Notes: generated by a model from the sequence alone, not told the origin. Positions 1 through 9,701 are shown, counted from the first letter of the stretch. The stretch is DNA of 64,000 nt from Cyanobacteria bacterium OH_CBrB_359 (GCA_023433065.1 JAEZET010000006.1:4646-68645), one strand, 5' to 3'. Numbers and translations are program-made.

Positions 1-146
1 ATAAAGTCAAATAAAAAATCGACTTTTCCAACCAACAGCTTAAACATCTCAACATCTGAGTTATTAATCATATGTGAAGCAGCTGCAATTGCTTTATTCT
101 CATCTTTGGCAGTTATATCATTTAAATATTTTTCTATAAGGCTCAT
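1..146 (-). CDS. hypothetical protein, N-terminal fragment (gene runs off the left edge)
   Basis: ATG at 146-144 opens a minus-strand frame (MSLIEKYLNDITAKDENKAIAAASHMINNSDVEMFKLLVGKVDFLFDF) that stays open to position 1. No motif recognised. TATAAT lies 6 nt upstream of the ATG. Confidence 0.3.
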   Translation of the reverse strand, partial: MSLIEKYLNDITAKDENKAIAAASHMINNSDVEMFKLLVGKVDFLFDF

Positions 147-225
147 TTCGTTATTATAGAATACAAGTTTTCAAAATAAAAGCACTTTAAGATTTAATTT
201 ATATATTTAATCAAATTTATATCAA

Positions 226-753
226 TTAAGACTGATAACGACCTGTAATAATATAATCAAAAAGTTTTTTAACAGGCGAACGTCTTCTTCTTGCTTCTTC
301 TGCCTCTTTCTGATGTACAAGAAGCTCGCTGCCTACAGCATCATAGAGGAATTTTACTGCATCTTGGCTTTTTTCTTCCAGAGAATTATATTCATCCCTC
401 ATAGCCTGAAGCTCTGAATTGTCAAGGAATTTACCTCCGCAGGAGTAACATTCATCAATCTGAAACTTCCTCTTAACGCTTGCAAAATTTTTAACCATTT
501 TAGCACCGCAAGAAGGGCATATCCTTAATTCTGACTGATTAACAGGTTTAAACTTTTTCCCTTCAAGAGAATCCAGTATTAAAGAAATGTCTTCTTCTTT
601 TTCGTCAAAATGCTCTATTTCTCTGTTATCAAAATATATGCCGCCGCATCCGTCCAGGCATATATCAAGATTTATACCTTCATCTTTAGCAAAAACCTTT
701 GCCATTTTACTGCCGCAAGCAGGACATATTAAATCATTTTTTGTATCAGTCAT
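226..753 (-). CDS. zinc-ribbon protein with two zf-TFIIB-like (PF13453-type) CxxC...CxxC modules
   Basis: Two repeats of CP.CG.KM...(I/Q)D.C..CGG.(Y/F)(F/L)DN.E(I/L). GGGGG Shine-Dalgarno upstream of the ATG. Confidence 0.7.
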   Translation of the reverse strand: MTDTKNDLICPACGSKMAKVFAKDEGINLDICLDGCGGIYFDNREIEHFDEKEEDISLILDSLEGKKFKPVNQSELRICPSCGAKMVKNFASVKRKFQIDECYSCGGKFLDNSELQAMRDEYNSLEEKSQDAVKFLYDAVGSELLVHQKEAEEARRRRSPVKKLFDYIITGRYQS

Positions 754-859
754 AACGCCCCCTGAATCTTAATAAAATAATAGTAATTATCTAAAAGGGT
801 GTCAAGAAAAATTCCCAAAAAATAAGTTTAAATAATTATTTGAAGAAAGCACAAAAAAA

Positions 860-933
860 TAGCACAGGTCAGATTCGAACTGACGACCTCACGGGTATGA
901 GCCGTACGCTCTCACCAGCTGAGCTACTGTGCC
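860..933 (-). tRNA. tRNA with CAT anticodon (Met elongator, or lysidine-type Ile2); CCA not encoded
   Basis: 74-nt cloverleaf: acceptor GGCACAG/CTGTGCT (G1-U72), D stem GCTC/GAGC, anticodon loop CTCATAC, T arm GTCAG-TTCGAAT-CTGAC, discriminator A. Confidence 0.85.
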
Positions 934-1061
934 ATGTATTCAATTATTAACCGAATAATAAAAAAATTCAAGCTTTTTATTCACTTAGAGGACAATTTTC
1001 CTGCCCGAATAATTTAGAGTATAATGTTAGCTACAGCACAAGGGGGAATTTTATAATTATT

Positions 1062-3677
1062 ATGAAAAAACTTTTTATAACATTAGCAATCATATTTATC
1101 GGGCTTTCAAGTTCTGCTCAGGACTTTTCAATATTTAAATTAAACGACGGCCAAACGGTAATAATAAAAGAAGTAAGAGAAAATCCGATAGTTATCATTG
1201 ATACATGGATTAAAACCGGTTCAATAAATGAAACCGACCAAAATACAGGAGTGGCGCATTTCCTTGAACATTTATTTTTTAAAGGTACAGAAAAGCATCC
1301 GGCATCCGAATTTGATAGAATTTTAGAATCAAAAGGTGCCGTGACAAATGCTGCAACAAGTAAAGACTATACCCACTATTATATAGAAATTCCATCAAAA
1401 GATTTTGATACAGCAATCGAGCTCCATGCAGACATGTTATTAAATCCCTTGATACCAAGGAAAGAACTTGAAAAAGAAAGGAAAGTGGTTCTTGAAGAAA
1501 TTTCAAAAAATAATGATGATCCCTCTACCACTTTATACAAACAATTAAATTCTACTTTATATAAAGAACATCCTTATAAAAGAGAAGTTATAGGCAAAAA
1601 AGAAGTTATAGAAACAATTCCAAGAGAAAAAATACTCGAATTTTATAACAAATGGTATACCCCACAGAATATGATAACAGTGATAGTCGGAGATGTACAA
1701 ACAGACAAAGCTCTTGCTGCTGTTCAAAAACATTTCACTGTCAAAAACTGTACAGCCAAGGCTGCTAAAGTAAATTATAAAATGGACAAAAGACCCATCG
1801 GGCAGATCGAAATTTCAACCCCTCAAGATATCCAAACAGCATATATGATAATGGGGTTCAAAGGTTGTCAAAACCCATCCTGCAAAGATTCTTATACTCT
1901 TGATTTGCTATCTACAATTCTCGGAGACGGAAAATCCTCAAGATTATATAAGAACCTGAAAGAAGAAAGGCAGCTTGTATATTCCGTAGAAGCAGGGCAC
2001 TCTTCTTTAAAAGAAGATTCTTTGTTCTATGTATATTCAGATTATTCACAAGAAAACACTGAAAAAGTTAAAGCAGAAGTGTTTAAAGAAATTAATAAAT
2101 TAAAAACACAAAAAATAACCGATAATGAAATACAAAAAGCCAAGAACATAATCGAAAGAGATACTTTCTATTCAAGAGAGTCCATCTCCAATATAGCAAA
2201 TGAAATCGGCTACTCCACTCTTCTTACGGACAATCCGAAATATTATATCGATTATGTAAAAAATATAAATAAAGTTACGGCACAAGACCTTCAAAATGCA
2301 GCTATAAAATATCTTAATCCAAATGCCTGTGCAATCTCAATAATTGTGCCTAAAAACCAAAAAATTACACAAAAAGAAGAAGTAAAAGAAAAGAAAAACT
2401 ATCAGGCAAGTTTGATCTCACAAAACAAAACAATAAAAAAATACCTCATGCCAAACAAATCTACTCTTTTAATCAACAAAAATGATTCTAATGATATAAT
2501 TGCCGTCGATATTGAAATTAAGGGCGGGAATTTCACTGAAAGAACTCCTGGAACAGCAACAGTAACCGCGGAATCTTTATTAAAAGGAACAAAAAAATAC
2601 CCTGAACAACTGTTCATTGAAACTCTTGAAGAAACAGGTATAAAAATATCTCCGCAAACAAAAACAGAAGTTTTCTCAATAGCACTCAAATTCACAAAAA
2701 AAGATATTGAACTTGCAATGGATTTACTGAATGAAATAGTTAACAATGCTACTTTGGACAGCTATAAAATAGAAAAAATTAAAACCGACAAGCTTAATTC
2801 AATAAAAAAAATGAAAGACAGCCCGCAAACTATTGCCTTTGAAGAATTTAAGACTGCAATGTGGGAAAATACTCCTTATGGAAATACAAGTAAAATACTT
2901 GAAAAAACAATCCCCAGAATTGAAAGAAAAGATGTTCTGGACTATTACAATAATCTATTTTCACCTGAAAACATGGTAATTTCTGTAAATGGTAACATTG
3001 ATGAGCAAAAAATTATAAATTATTTCGGAGAAATATTTGAAAACAAAAAAAATGCAGGAAAAATTGATATAAGAGAATTTAAGCCTGATTTTATCAGACC
3101 TGAAACAAATAAAATAATTAAAACATCACAAGATACAGAAACCTCTTGGATTATAATGGGCTGGATGACAGACGGGGTTTTAAACCAAAAAGACTGGGCG
3201 ACTCTGCAGGTAATGGATTCAATCCTTGGCGGTGGAATGAGCTCAAGACTGTTTGCCGACCTCAGGGATAAACAAGGACTTGCCTATCAGATAGGTTCAA
3301 CATACAGTTCAAATATCAATAAAGGAGCATTTGCGATTTATATTGGTACAAATCCAAAAACAGCATTATTTTCAAGAGATGAACTTCTAAGAGAAATCAA
3401 CAGGCTCAAAAAAGAATTTATTTCTGAAAAAGAACTTTCAATGGCAAAAGATAAACTTATAGGAAACTTTATCTTGTCACAAGAAACAAATATGGAAAAA
3501 GCTTCAACGGTAGGATGGCTCGAAATATCTTCTAGAGGCTACGACTTTATAGACAAATACCCGGAAATAATCCAATCCGTAAGCGCTCAAGATATAATAA
3601 CAGTAGCAAACAAATATTTTTCATCACCGTATGTATTAAGTGTAATCGGACCTCAAAAAGATATACAAAATTTCTAA
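1062..3677 (+). CDS. secreted M16 (pitrilysin/insulinase) family zinc peptidase, two fused M16 units
   Basis: Signal peptide, HFLEH (HxxEH) zinc motif, and 871 aa with a second M16-like half. Confidence 0.9.
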   Translation: MKKLFITLAIIFIGLSSSAQDFSIFKLNDGQTVIIKEVRENPIVIIDTWIKTGSINETDQNTGVAHFLEHLFFKGTEKHPASEFDRILESKGAVTNAATSKDYTHYYIEIPSKDFDTAIELHADMLLNPLIPRKELEKERKVVLEEISKNNDDPSTTLYKQLNSTLYKEHPYKREVIGKKEVIETIPREKILEFYNKWYTPQNMITVIVGDVQTDKALAAVQKHFTVKNCTAKAAKVNYKMDKRPIGQIEISTPQDIQTAYMIMGFKGCQNPSCKDSYTLDLLSTILGDGKSSRLYKNLKEERQLVYSVEAGHSSLKEDSLFYVYSDYSQENTEKVKAEVFKEINKLKTQKITDNEIQKAKNIIERDTFYSRESISNIANEIGYSTLLTDNPKYYIDYVKNINKVTAQDLQNAAIKYLNPNACAISIIVPKNQKITQKEEVKEKKNYQASLISQNKTIKKYLMPNKSTLLINKNDSNDIIAVDIEIKGGNFTERTPGTATVTAESLLKGTKKYPEQLFIETLEETGIKISPQTKTEVFSIALKFTKKDIELAMDLLNEIVNNATLDSYKIEKIKTDKLNSIKKMKDSPQTIAFEEFKTAMWENTPYGNTSKILEKTIPRIERKDVLDYYNNLFSPENMVISVNGNIDEQKIINYFGEIFENKKNAGKIDIREFKPDFIRPETNKIIKTSQDTETSWIIMGWMTDGVLNQKDWATLQVMDSILGGGMSSRLFADLRDKQGLAYQIGSTYSSNINKGAFAIYIGTNPKTALFSRDELLREINRLKKEFISEKELSMAKDKLIGNFILSQETNMEKASTVGWLEISSRGYDFIDKYPEIIQSVSAQDIITVANKYFSSPYVLSVIGPQKDIQNF

Positions 3678-3697
3678 GAAACACATAAAATATAACT

Positions 3698-3730
3698 AAA
3701 GGCATTAACCATCTGGTCAATGCCTTTTTG
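3698..3730 (+). terminator. rho-independent terminator after the M16 peptidase gene
   Basis: AAAGGCATT...AATGCCTTT stem followed by TTGTTTATTT. Confidence 0.6.
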
Positions 3731-3834
3731 TTTATTTCAATCAAAAGGTGGATGATATCAATCCTCTATATATAGTAATTTATACATGAGGAAAAATATA
3801 AACTCAAAATGGTAAGAAACTTGGGGAAATAAAA

Positions 3835-4455
3835 TTGTCAATGGAGCTGACAGGTTTAGATATTGCAATAAGAAGAATGCAGTCAATTGAACGGCAATTT
3901 CAGTCATTGGCTAGCTTAGCCTCTTCGCCTGCTCCTGACAAAGATTTTCAAAGTATACTTGAAGCCAATATGACAGAAAAATCACAAACCGAAACTCCAA
4001 ATGAAACCCAAGCTTTAGCAAATAATTTTAGAGAAATCTCCCCAAAAGGTGCCTCTAGAGAGGAATTAGAGAATTTAATCGAAAAATACGCCGACAAAAA
4101 CAATCTTGATTCAGACTTCGTAAAAGCTGTAATCAAGCAAGAATCAGGCTTTAAAGCCAATGCAAAATCACATTGCGGGGCAATGGGTCTAATGCAGCTT
4201 ATGCCTGCAACAGCTATGTCTCTTGGCGTCAATAACGCCTATGACCCCGAACAAAACATTGCAGGGGGTACAAAATACCTTAAAGGACTTATGGATAGAT
4301 TCGGGGGCGACAAAGAATTGGCACTTGCTGCTTACAATGCAGGTCCCGGAGCAGTAAACAAATACGGAGGAATCCCTCCATATAAAGAAACCAGAAATTA
4401 TGTAAAAAATATAATGAGCAGTTATCAAAACCTTAAAAACGGAGGCGGAGTATGA
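3835..4455 (+). CDS. SLT-domain lytic transglycosylase heading the flagellar rod operon
   Basis: ESGFKANAKSHCGAMGLMQLMPATA and AYNAGPGAV motifs of lytic transglycosylase family 1. TTG start after GGGGA. 4-nt overlap with flgF. Confidence 0.85.
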   Translation: MSMELTGLDIAIRRMQSIERQFQSLASLASSPAPDKDFQSILEANMTEKSQTETPNETQALANNFREISPKGASREELENLIEKYADKNNLDSDFVKAVIKQESGFKANAKSHCGAMGLMQLMPATAMSLGVNNAYDPEQNIAGGTKYLKGLMDRFGGDKELALAAYNAGPGAVNKYGGIPPYKETRNYVKNIMSSYQNLKNGGGV

Positions 4456-5258
4456 TATCAAGAGGTATGGAAATAGCTTCAAAAGGAATGATGTCTCTGC
4501 TTGATATGAATGATACGGTAGCAAACAATCTTGCAAACGTAAATACGGCAGGTTTCAAGAAATCAAACCTGACCTTCAGAAGCATATATGACACAAGAGT
4601 GGAACAAGCCACATCAAATGATATTAAAACAGCTGATTACAGACATGTTGGTGACATTTCAATGGGTTCTCAAACAGACCGCTCTATATTAGCTTTTACG
4701 CAAGGGATTTTAGAAAAAACAGATACTCCACTTGACGTTGCAATTGAAGGAGACGGCTTCTTTAAGGTTAAAGACGATAAAGGTGATATTTATTACACAA
4801 GAAACGGACAGCTAAGAATTAACAGTAAAAATATCCTGACCACTTCAGACGGTGATCAGGTATTAGATACAAAAGGAAAGCCGATAATTATAGATTTAAA
4901 TGCAACCAGAGCAACACTAAATGACATCGTAATAAGAGAAAAAGGCGAGCTGTCAATCAATTCTCCTACCGCACCTCAAATGCTTCAAACAATAGGTATA
5001 TATGATTTTTCCAATAAAGCTGACATCGAATCAGTCGGCAATTCAAAATTTAAAGTGACTAACTCCGAACAGAATCCGGAACTTAAAGCAGATAAGTTTG
5101 TACTGCAGCAAGGAATGAGAGAACTTTCAAATTCAAGCGTAATAACAGAAATGCTCAATTCAATAAACGTATCCAGAAATTATGAATCTCTGAGCAAATT
5201 TATAAAAGAAAGCGGAACACTTATGGATACGGCAATAAATATAGGCAGGGTTAGATAA
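4452..5258 (+). CDS. flgF: flagellar basal-body rod protein FlgF
   Basis: N-terminal ANNLANVNTAGFKK rod motif and conserved C-terminal rod/hook helix. Positioned directly before flgG. Confidence 0.8.
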   Translation: MISRGMEIASKGMMSLLDMNDTVANNLANVNTAGFKKSNLTFRSIYDTRVEQATSNDIKTADYRHVGDISMGSQTDRSILAFTQGILEKTDTPLDVAIEGDGFFKVKDDKGDIYYTRNGQLRINSKNILTTSDGDQVLDTKGKPIIIDLNATRATLNDIVIREKGELSINSPTAPQMLQTIGIYDFSNKADIESVGNSKFKVTNSEQNPELKADKFVLQQGMRELSNSSVITEMLNSINVSRNYESLSKFIKESGTLMDTAINIGRVR

Positions 5259-5285
5259 ATTAATTTTTAAGAGGAGAAGGTAAAA

Positions 5286-6071
5286 ATGCTAAGATCATTA
5301 ACAACAGCCGCAACTGGTATGATAGCACAACAAAACAACCTTGATATAGTTGCAAACAACATAGCAAACGTAAATACTACAGGATTTAAAAAATCAAGAG
5401 CAGAATTTCAAGATCTTTTATCATCTGCGGTAAGGACTCCCGGTGCAATGATAAATCAGGGCACATTCCAGCCCGTAGGTATAGAAGTCGGTCTTGGTGT
5501 AAAAACAGCTGCTACAACAAGAATATTTACAGGTGGAATCCAACAATCAACAGGAAATCCTTATGATTTATCTATTGAAGGTCAAGGATTTTTCCAAATT
5601 GTACAATCTGACGGCTCATTAGCATATACAAGAGACGGTTCATTCAAAGTTGACGGTATGGGTCAGTTGTGTACCTCTGACGGTTACCTTATCCAACCTC
5701 AGATAACTGTTCCCCAAAATGCCTCAGAAGTCAATGTTACACCTGACGGAAACGTGTCTGTAAGAATAGGTACAGATACAAACCAAAACATAGTGGGGCA
5801 GATACAGCTTGTAAAATTCCAAAACCCCTCAGGTCTGTTATCTATAGGGCACAATATGTATATTGAAACTCCAAGTTCTGGAACTCCAATTCAGGGTGTT
5901 CCGGGTCAAGATGGATATGGCTCTATACAGCAAGGATTTTTGGAAGGTTCTAACGTACAGATTGTTGATGAGCTTATAAATCTTATCAAGGCAGAACGTG
6001 CATTTGAATCAAATTCTAAAATTATTACCGCCTCATCAGACATACTAAGACAGACAAACCAATTAATATAA
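5286..6071 (+). CDS. flgG: flagellar distal rod protein FlgG
   Basis: IANNIANVNTTGFKK, GQGFF, YTRDGSF and LEGSNV...ERAFE motifs; 261 aa. Confidence 0.9.
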   Translation: MLRSLTTAATGMIAQQNNLDIVANNIANVNTTGFKKSRAEFQDLLSSAVRTPGAMINQGTFQPVGIEVGLGVKTAATTRIFTGGIQQSTGNPYDLSIEGQGFFQIVQSDGSLAYTRDGSFKVDGMGQLCTSDGYLIQPQITVPQNASEVNVTPDGNVSVRIGTDTNQNIVGQIQLVKFQNPSGLLSIGHNMYIETPSSGTPIQGVPGQDGYGSIQQGFLEGSNVQIVDELINLIKAERAFESNSKIITASSDILRQTNQLI

Positions 6072-6080
6072 GGATTTAAA

Positions 6081-6791
6081 ATGAAAAAACTACTTTCAAT
6101 CTTCTTTATATTTTTAATTACGGGAATAAGTTCCAAAGCTCATTCTCAAGTTCTTTTTGCGCAAAAACTATCAGAACTTGTAAAACAAGAGCAGCAAAAA
6201 GAGCTTATTGAAAAAGATTATAAGGATTTTGAAGTAAATGTGTTGAATATTCCTTTTGAAAAAGTTGTTGTTCCTGACGGCGAAATCAGCATAAAACTGA
6301 ATTCAAATTCAGCAGAACTTACCTCAAAAGAGTATAAAAAAGTTGATATTTATATAAATTCAAAGTATGAGCGTTCAGTAGGCGTTCCTGTAGAAATTAA
6401 AATTTATAAAACAATTTTAACTGCAAAAGAACAGATTCAAAGAGATTGTGAGTTAAACAAAAATAATACCGTACTAAAAAAATATGACATTTTAACGGTA
6501 ATGCAGGTTAGTCTCGATGAAAAAGATATAGAATCTAACCTGATAAGCCTTAGAATGTACAGACCGGGTGAAATTATCGATAAAAGATTCACAAAGTTAA
6601 AACCCGATATCTCTAAAAATTCAGTTGTAACAGTTGTCTTTAAATCGGATAACAACATGAACGTTACGATTGATGCTGTTGCCCTTTCTGATGGCAAGAT
6701 AGGAAATCTTATCAGCGTACAAAACAAAATATACAAAAAAATATACACAGGCAGAGTAGTCGGCCCAAACAAAATATTAGTGGAGATTTAA
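6081..6791 (+). CDS. flgA: flagellar P-ring assembly chaperone FlgA
   Basis: Signal peptide, C-terminal SAF-like region (GEIID...VVTVVF...ALSDGKIGNLISVQN), and position between flgG and flgH. Confidence 0.75.
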   Translation: MKKLLSIFFIFLITGISSKAHSQVLFAQKLSELVKQEQQKELIEKDYKDFEVNVLNIPFEKVVVPDGEISIKLNSNSAELTSKEYKKVDIYINSKYERSVGVPVEIKIYKTILTAKEQIQRDCELNKNNTVLKKYDILTVMQVSLDEKDIESNLISLRMYRPGEIIDKRFTKLKPDISKNSVVTVVFKSDNNMNVTIDAVALSDGKIGNLISVQNKIYKKIYTGRVVGPNKILVEI

Positions 6792-6792
6792 C

Positions 6793-7419
6793 ATGAAAAC
6801 TATAGGAGTAAAATTCTTAATAATAATTTCAATATTTCTTACGGCTGCTCAAGTTACAAAAGCCGAATCACTTTTTTTAATGGGCACATCGCAGTCATAT
6901 TACGCTGAACCAAAATCACTATATAGTGGCGTAAGAGCAAGAACAGTGGGCGATTTGGTTACAATACTTATGAATGAGCAAATAACACTTGCGGATAACC
7001 TGCAATATGCTTCCTCAAGAAGCTCCTCAACAACCGACAATTTTACGGGATTATTAAACACTGTTCTTCCCGGCAAACCATTAAATAATAAATTCAACAA
7101 CTTTGGCGGAGAAAATGAAGTCGACAGCAAATCCCAGTCTAGCAGGGCACTCACATTGCAGGATTCTGTAACCGTTCAGGTTGTCCAGCTTTTACCTAAC
7201 GGTAATCTTATGCTTCAAGGCAAAAAAACTCTTGTTAATGCAAATGAAAGAGTAGATTTACTTGTAAGCGGAATCGTTGACCCAAGATGGATTAACGATA
7301 TGGGTCAAGTCAGCTCAAGAAACATTGCAAATCTTCAGTTTGCAGTTAACGGAAAAGGATCAACTTCAAGAAGCGGTAACGAAGGCATAATTAACAGAGC
7401 CGTAAGGTACCTGTTCTAG
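6793..7419 (+). CDS. flgH: flagellar L-ring protein FlgH
   Basis: SLY...RARTVGDLVTI... and GNL.L.G.K....NE......SGIV.P motifs. Signal peptide. Confidence 0.9.
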   Translation: MKTIGVKFLIIISIFLTAAQVTKAESLFLMGTSQSYYAEPKSLYSGVRARTVGDLVTILMNEQITLADNLQYASSRSSSTTDNFTGLLNTVLPGKPLNNKFNNFGGENEVDSKSQSSRALTLQDSVTVQVVQLLPNGNLMLQGKKTLVNANERVDLLVSGIVDPRWINDMGQVSSRNIANLQFAVNGKGSTSRSGNEGIINRAVRYLF

Positions 7420-7436
7420 AACTAGAGAGAAAAAAT

Positions 7437-8546
7437 ATGAAAAAGAAAATTCTAAGTTTAATGCTAATAAGTTTAATGATTTTAACAGGAATACCTCTTA
7501 AATCAGACTCTGCGAGCGTCAGAATCAAAGATATCGCTCATGTAAAAGGCGTAAGAGATAACCAGTTAGTGGGGTACGGTATTGTCGTAGGTTTGAAGAT
7601 GACCGGTGACAACTCCCGTTCAACACAAATAACAAACCAACTTATGTTACAAAATTTAGGAACAGTAATTCAACAGGCTAACTACATCCAAAAAGGTTCT
7701 TCAGCGGCAGTAATGGTAACAGCTACAGTTCCGCCATTTGCTAAAAACGGTGACAGAATAGATGTTACGGTATCAACAATGGCAGATGCAAAAAGCCTTC
7801 AAGGAGGGGTTTTGGTTTTAACACCTTTGCGTGCGCCTAACGGAGAGATAATAGCAACTGCGCAAGGACCATTATCCGTAGGAGGGGCATCTGCTGAATC
7901 TAACGGAAGCAGTAAAAGTACCACAATAACAACAACAGGAAGGGTACCTGGCGGCGCAATCATTGAAAGAGATATTGTAACTCAGGTGGGAGATGAAGAC
8001 AGTATAACCCTTTCTCTTGATAAAACAGACTACACTCTTGTTGCAAGAATAGCTCAAACAATATCACAAACGGTTGCTCAAGCAAAAGCTGTGGATGGAA
8101 GCAGCGTAAAAGTCTTTATCCCTGCAAATTTTCAAAATGACAGAATCGCTTTTCTTTCAATCCTCGAAAACCTTAACGTAAGTGTTACAAAAGATAAAGC
8201 CAAAGTTATAGTAAATGAGAGAACAGGAACTATAGTAATCGGAAGTGAAGTAAAACTTCTCCCTGCAGCTGTTGCCCACGGTAATATTACGGTAACGGTT
8301 TCAACAAAAAATGAAGTATCTCAGCCTGAAGCTTCATTCAGTTCAGGGTCGACTATGGGATTTTCAAACAGTGAAATTGACATTACAAAACAACAGGGAA
8401 GTCTTATTAATATACCCGAAAATAATACACTGAACGATCTTATAAGGGCGCTAAATGCAATAGGTGTAACACCTATAGATTTAATATCGATACTTCAGGC
8501 GCTAAAAGAAGCCGGCAGTCTACAAGCCGAATTGCAAATAATATAA
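7437..8546 (+). CDS. flgI: flagellar P-ring protein FlgI
   Basis: RIKDIA.V.GVRDNQLVGYGIVVGL.GTGD, and a LQALK.AG.L.AEL..I C-terminus. Confidence 0.9.
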   Translation: MKKKILSLMLISLMILTGIPLKSDSASVRIKDIAHVKGVRDNQLVGYGIVVGLKMTGDNSRSTQITNQLMLQNLGTVIQQANYIQKGSSAAVMVTATVPPFAKNGDRIDVTVSTMADAKSLQGGVLVLTPLRAPNGEIIATAQGPLSVGGASAESNGSSKSTTITTTGRVPGGAIIERDIVTQVGDEDSITLSLDKTDYTLVARIAQTISQTVAQAKAVDGSSVKVFIPANFQNDRIAFLSILENLNVSVTKDKAKVIVNERTGTIVIGSEVKLLPAAVAHGNITVTVSTKNEVSQPEASFSSGSTMGFSNSEIDITKQQGSLINIPENNTLNDLIRALNAIGVTPIDLISILQALKEAGSLQAELQII

Positions 8547-8556
8547 GGAATCAAAA

Positions 8557-8889
8557 ATGTTAACTCCATTAAATACAGTAAATCTTGAAACAGAAGGCAT
8601 AAACTCCGAAATCCAGGTTTTTAACAAGATTAAACAGGGAACTTCAAAACAGCAGCTTAAAAAAGCAGCTCAGGAATTTGAAGGCGTTTTTATAACAAAA
8701 ATGCTTTCGCTTATGGATAAAACTGTTGATAAGGAAGACAGTGTTTTTGGCAAAGAGGGAAACTTCCTCAAAAATTTCAAATCACTAATGTATACACAAA
8801 TGGGAAGAGATATGGCAAAAAACCCGACAACAACATTCGGTTTTGCGGCACAAATATATAAACAAATGGAAAAGAGTATTCAAGGATAG
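8557..8889 (+). CDS. flgJ: FlgJ-like rod-binding protein (rod-binding domain only, no hydrolase domain)
   Basis: AAQEFEGVFITKMLSLM core of the Rod_binding domain. Only 110 aa. Confidence 0.75.
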   Translation: MLTPLNTVNLETEGINSEIQVFNKIKQGTSKQQLKKAAQEFEGVFITKMLSLMDKTVDKEDSVFGKEGNFLKNFKSLMYTQMGRDMAKNPTTTFGFAAQIYKQMEKSIQG

Positions 8890-8895
8890 TTAAAA

Positions 8896-9177
8896 ATGGT
8901 AAATTCAATCAACCCAAATATAAGTTCAATACAATTTTTTAATGCAACAAACGCATTTAAAAACGTAAGCAATATTAAACCTGTTGAAGCTCCAATTCAA
9001 ACAGAGCCTATGCAGGAGGAAAAAACTTTTGTTAACGATAATGATATTTTAAGCAGCATTAACGTTGATGAAATCAAGCAATATGGGGCGAAAATAGGTG
9101 AAAACAACATAAACGAAGACGATATAAAATACGGATTAACTTACGGAAGAAGCGTTTTAGCTGACTGGGTAGTTTAA
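8896..9177 (+). CDS. hypothetical protein in the position usually held by anti-sigma-28 FlgM
   Basis: 93 aa, lies between flgJ and flgN. No canonical FlgM C-terminal helix recognised, so the function call is positional only. Confidence 0.4.
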   Translation: MVNSINPNISSIQFFNATNAFKNVSNIKPVEAPIQTEPMQEEKTFVNDNDILSSINVDEIKQYGAKIGENNINEDDIKYGLTYGRSVLADWVV

Positions 9178-9192
9178 TACAAAGAGGAAACA

Positions 9193-9690
9193 ATGAAAGA
9201 AGATTTTAATCTGCTTGAAGAAATAATAGATAAGGAAATAACAGCTTATTCACAGCTGCATGAATTATGCATCATCAAACAAGAGACCCTTGTCAAAAAC
9301 AAAGCAAAAGAGTTAATTGAGATAGATTCAAAAATTATAAATAAAATCCAAACAATAAAACCTCTTGTCCAAGAAAGAAAGAAATTATCAAAAAAAATAT
9401 CAAATGAAGAATTAAATCTCAGTCAAATAATAGAAAAAACAGCAAAAATTAACCCCGACCTGTCAAAAAAATTTGCAACCAAAAAAGAAAAAATTAATGA
9501 ATTATTAAAAGAAATTAAAAGAACAGAATCAATAAACTCAAATCTTATAAAACATGGAATTAAGCTGGTAGAAAAGACCGCACAGATAATTTTCAGCAGC
9601 ATAATACCAAATTCCGATAAATATAATAATCAAGGCAAACTGGATAATCCATTGCAAATTCCGCTCTCATCAGTGAATGAAGAAATTTAA
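9193..9690 (+). CDS. flgN: FlgN-like flagellar export chaperone
   Basis: Helical 165-aa protein, LLEEII.KE...Y..L..L start typical of the FlgN family. Immediately upstream of flgK. Confidence 0.6.
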   Translation: MKEDFNLLEEIIDKEITAYSQLHELCIIKQETLVKNKAKELIEIDSKIINKIQTIKPLVQERKKLSKKISNEELNLSQIIEKTAKINPDLSKKFATKKEKINELLKEIKRTESINSNLIKHGIKLVEKTAQIIFSSIIPNSDKYNNQGKLDNPLQIPLSSVNEEI

Positions 9691-9701
9691 CGAGGTAACG
9701 G

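Noticed and set aside
3809-3826. A sigma-54-like TGG-N9-TTGG lies just upstream of the SLT/flgF operon.
   Set aside because: The -12 element reads TTGG rather than TTGC. The motif would place the transcription start at the start codon, on top of the GGGGA Shine-Dalgarno. No enhancer-binding-protein gene is nearby.
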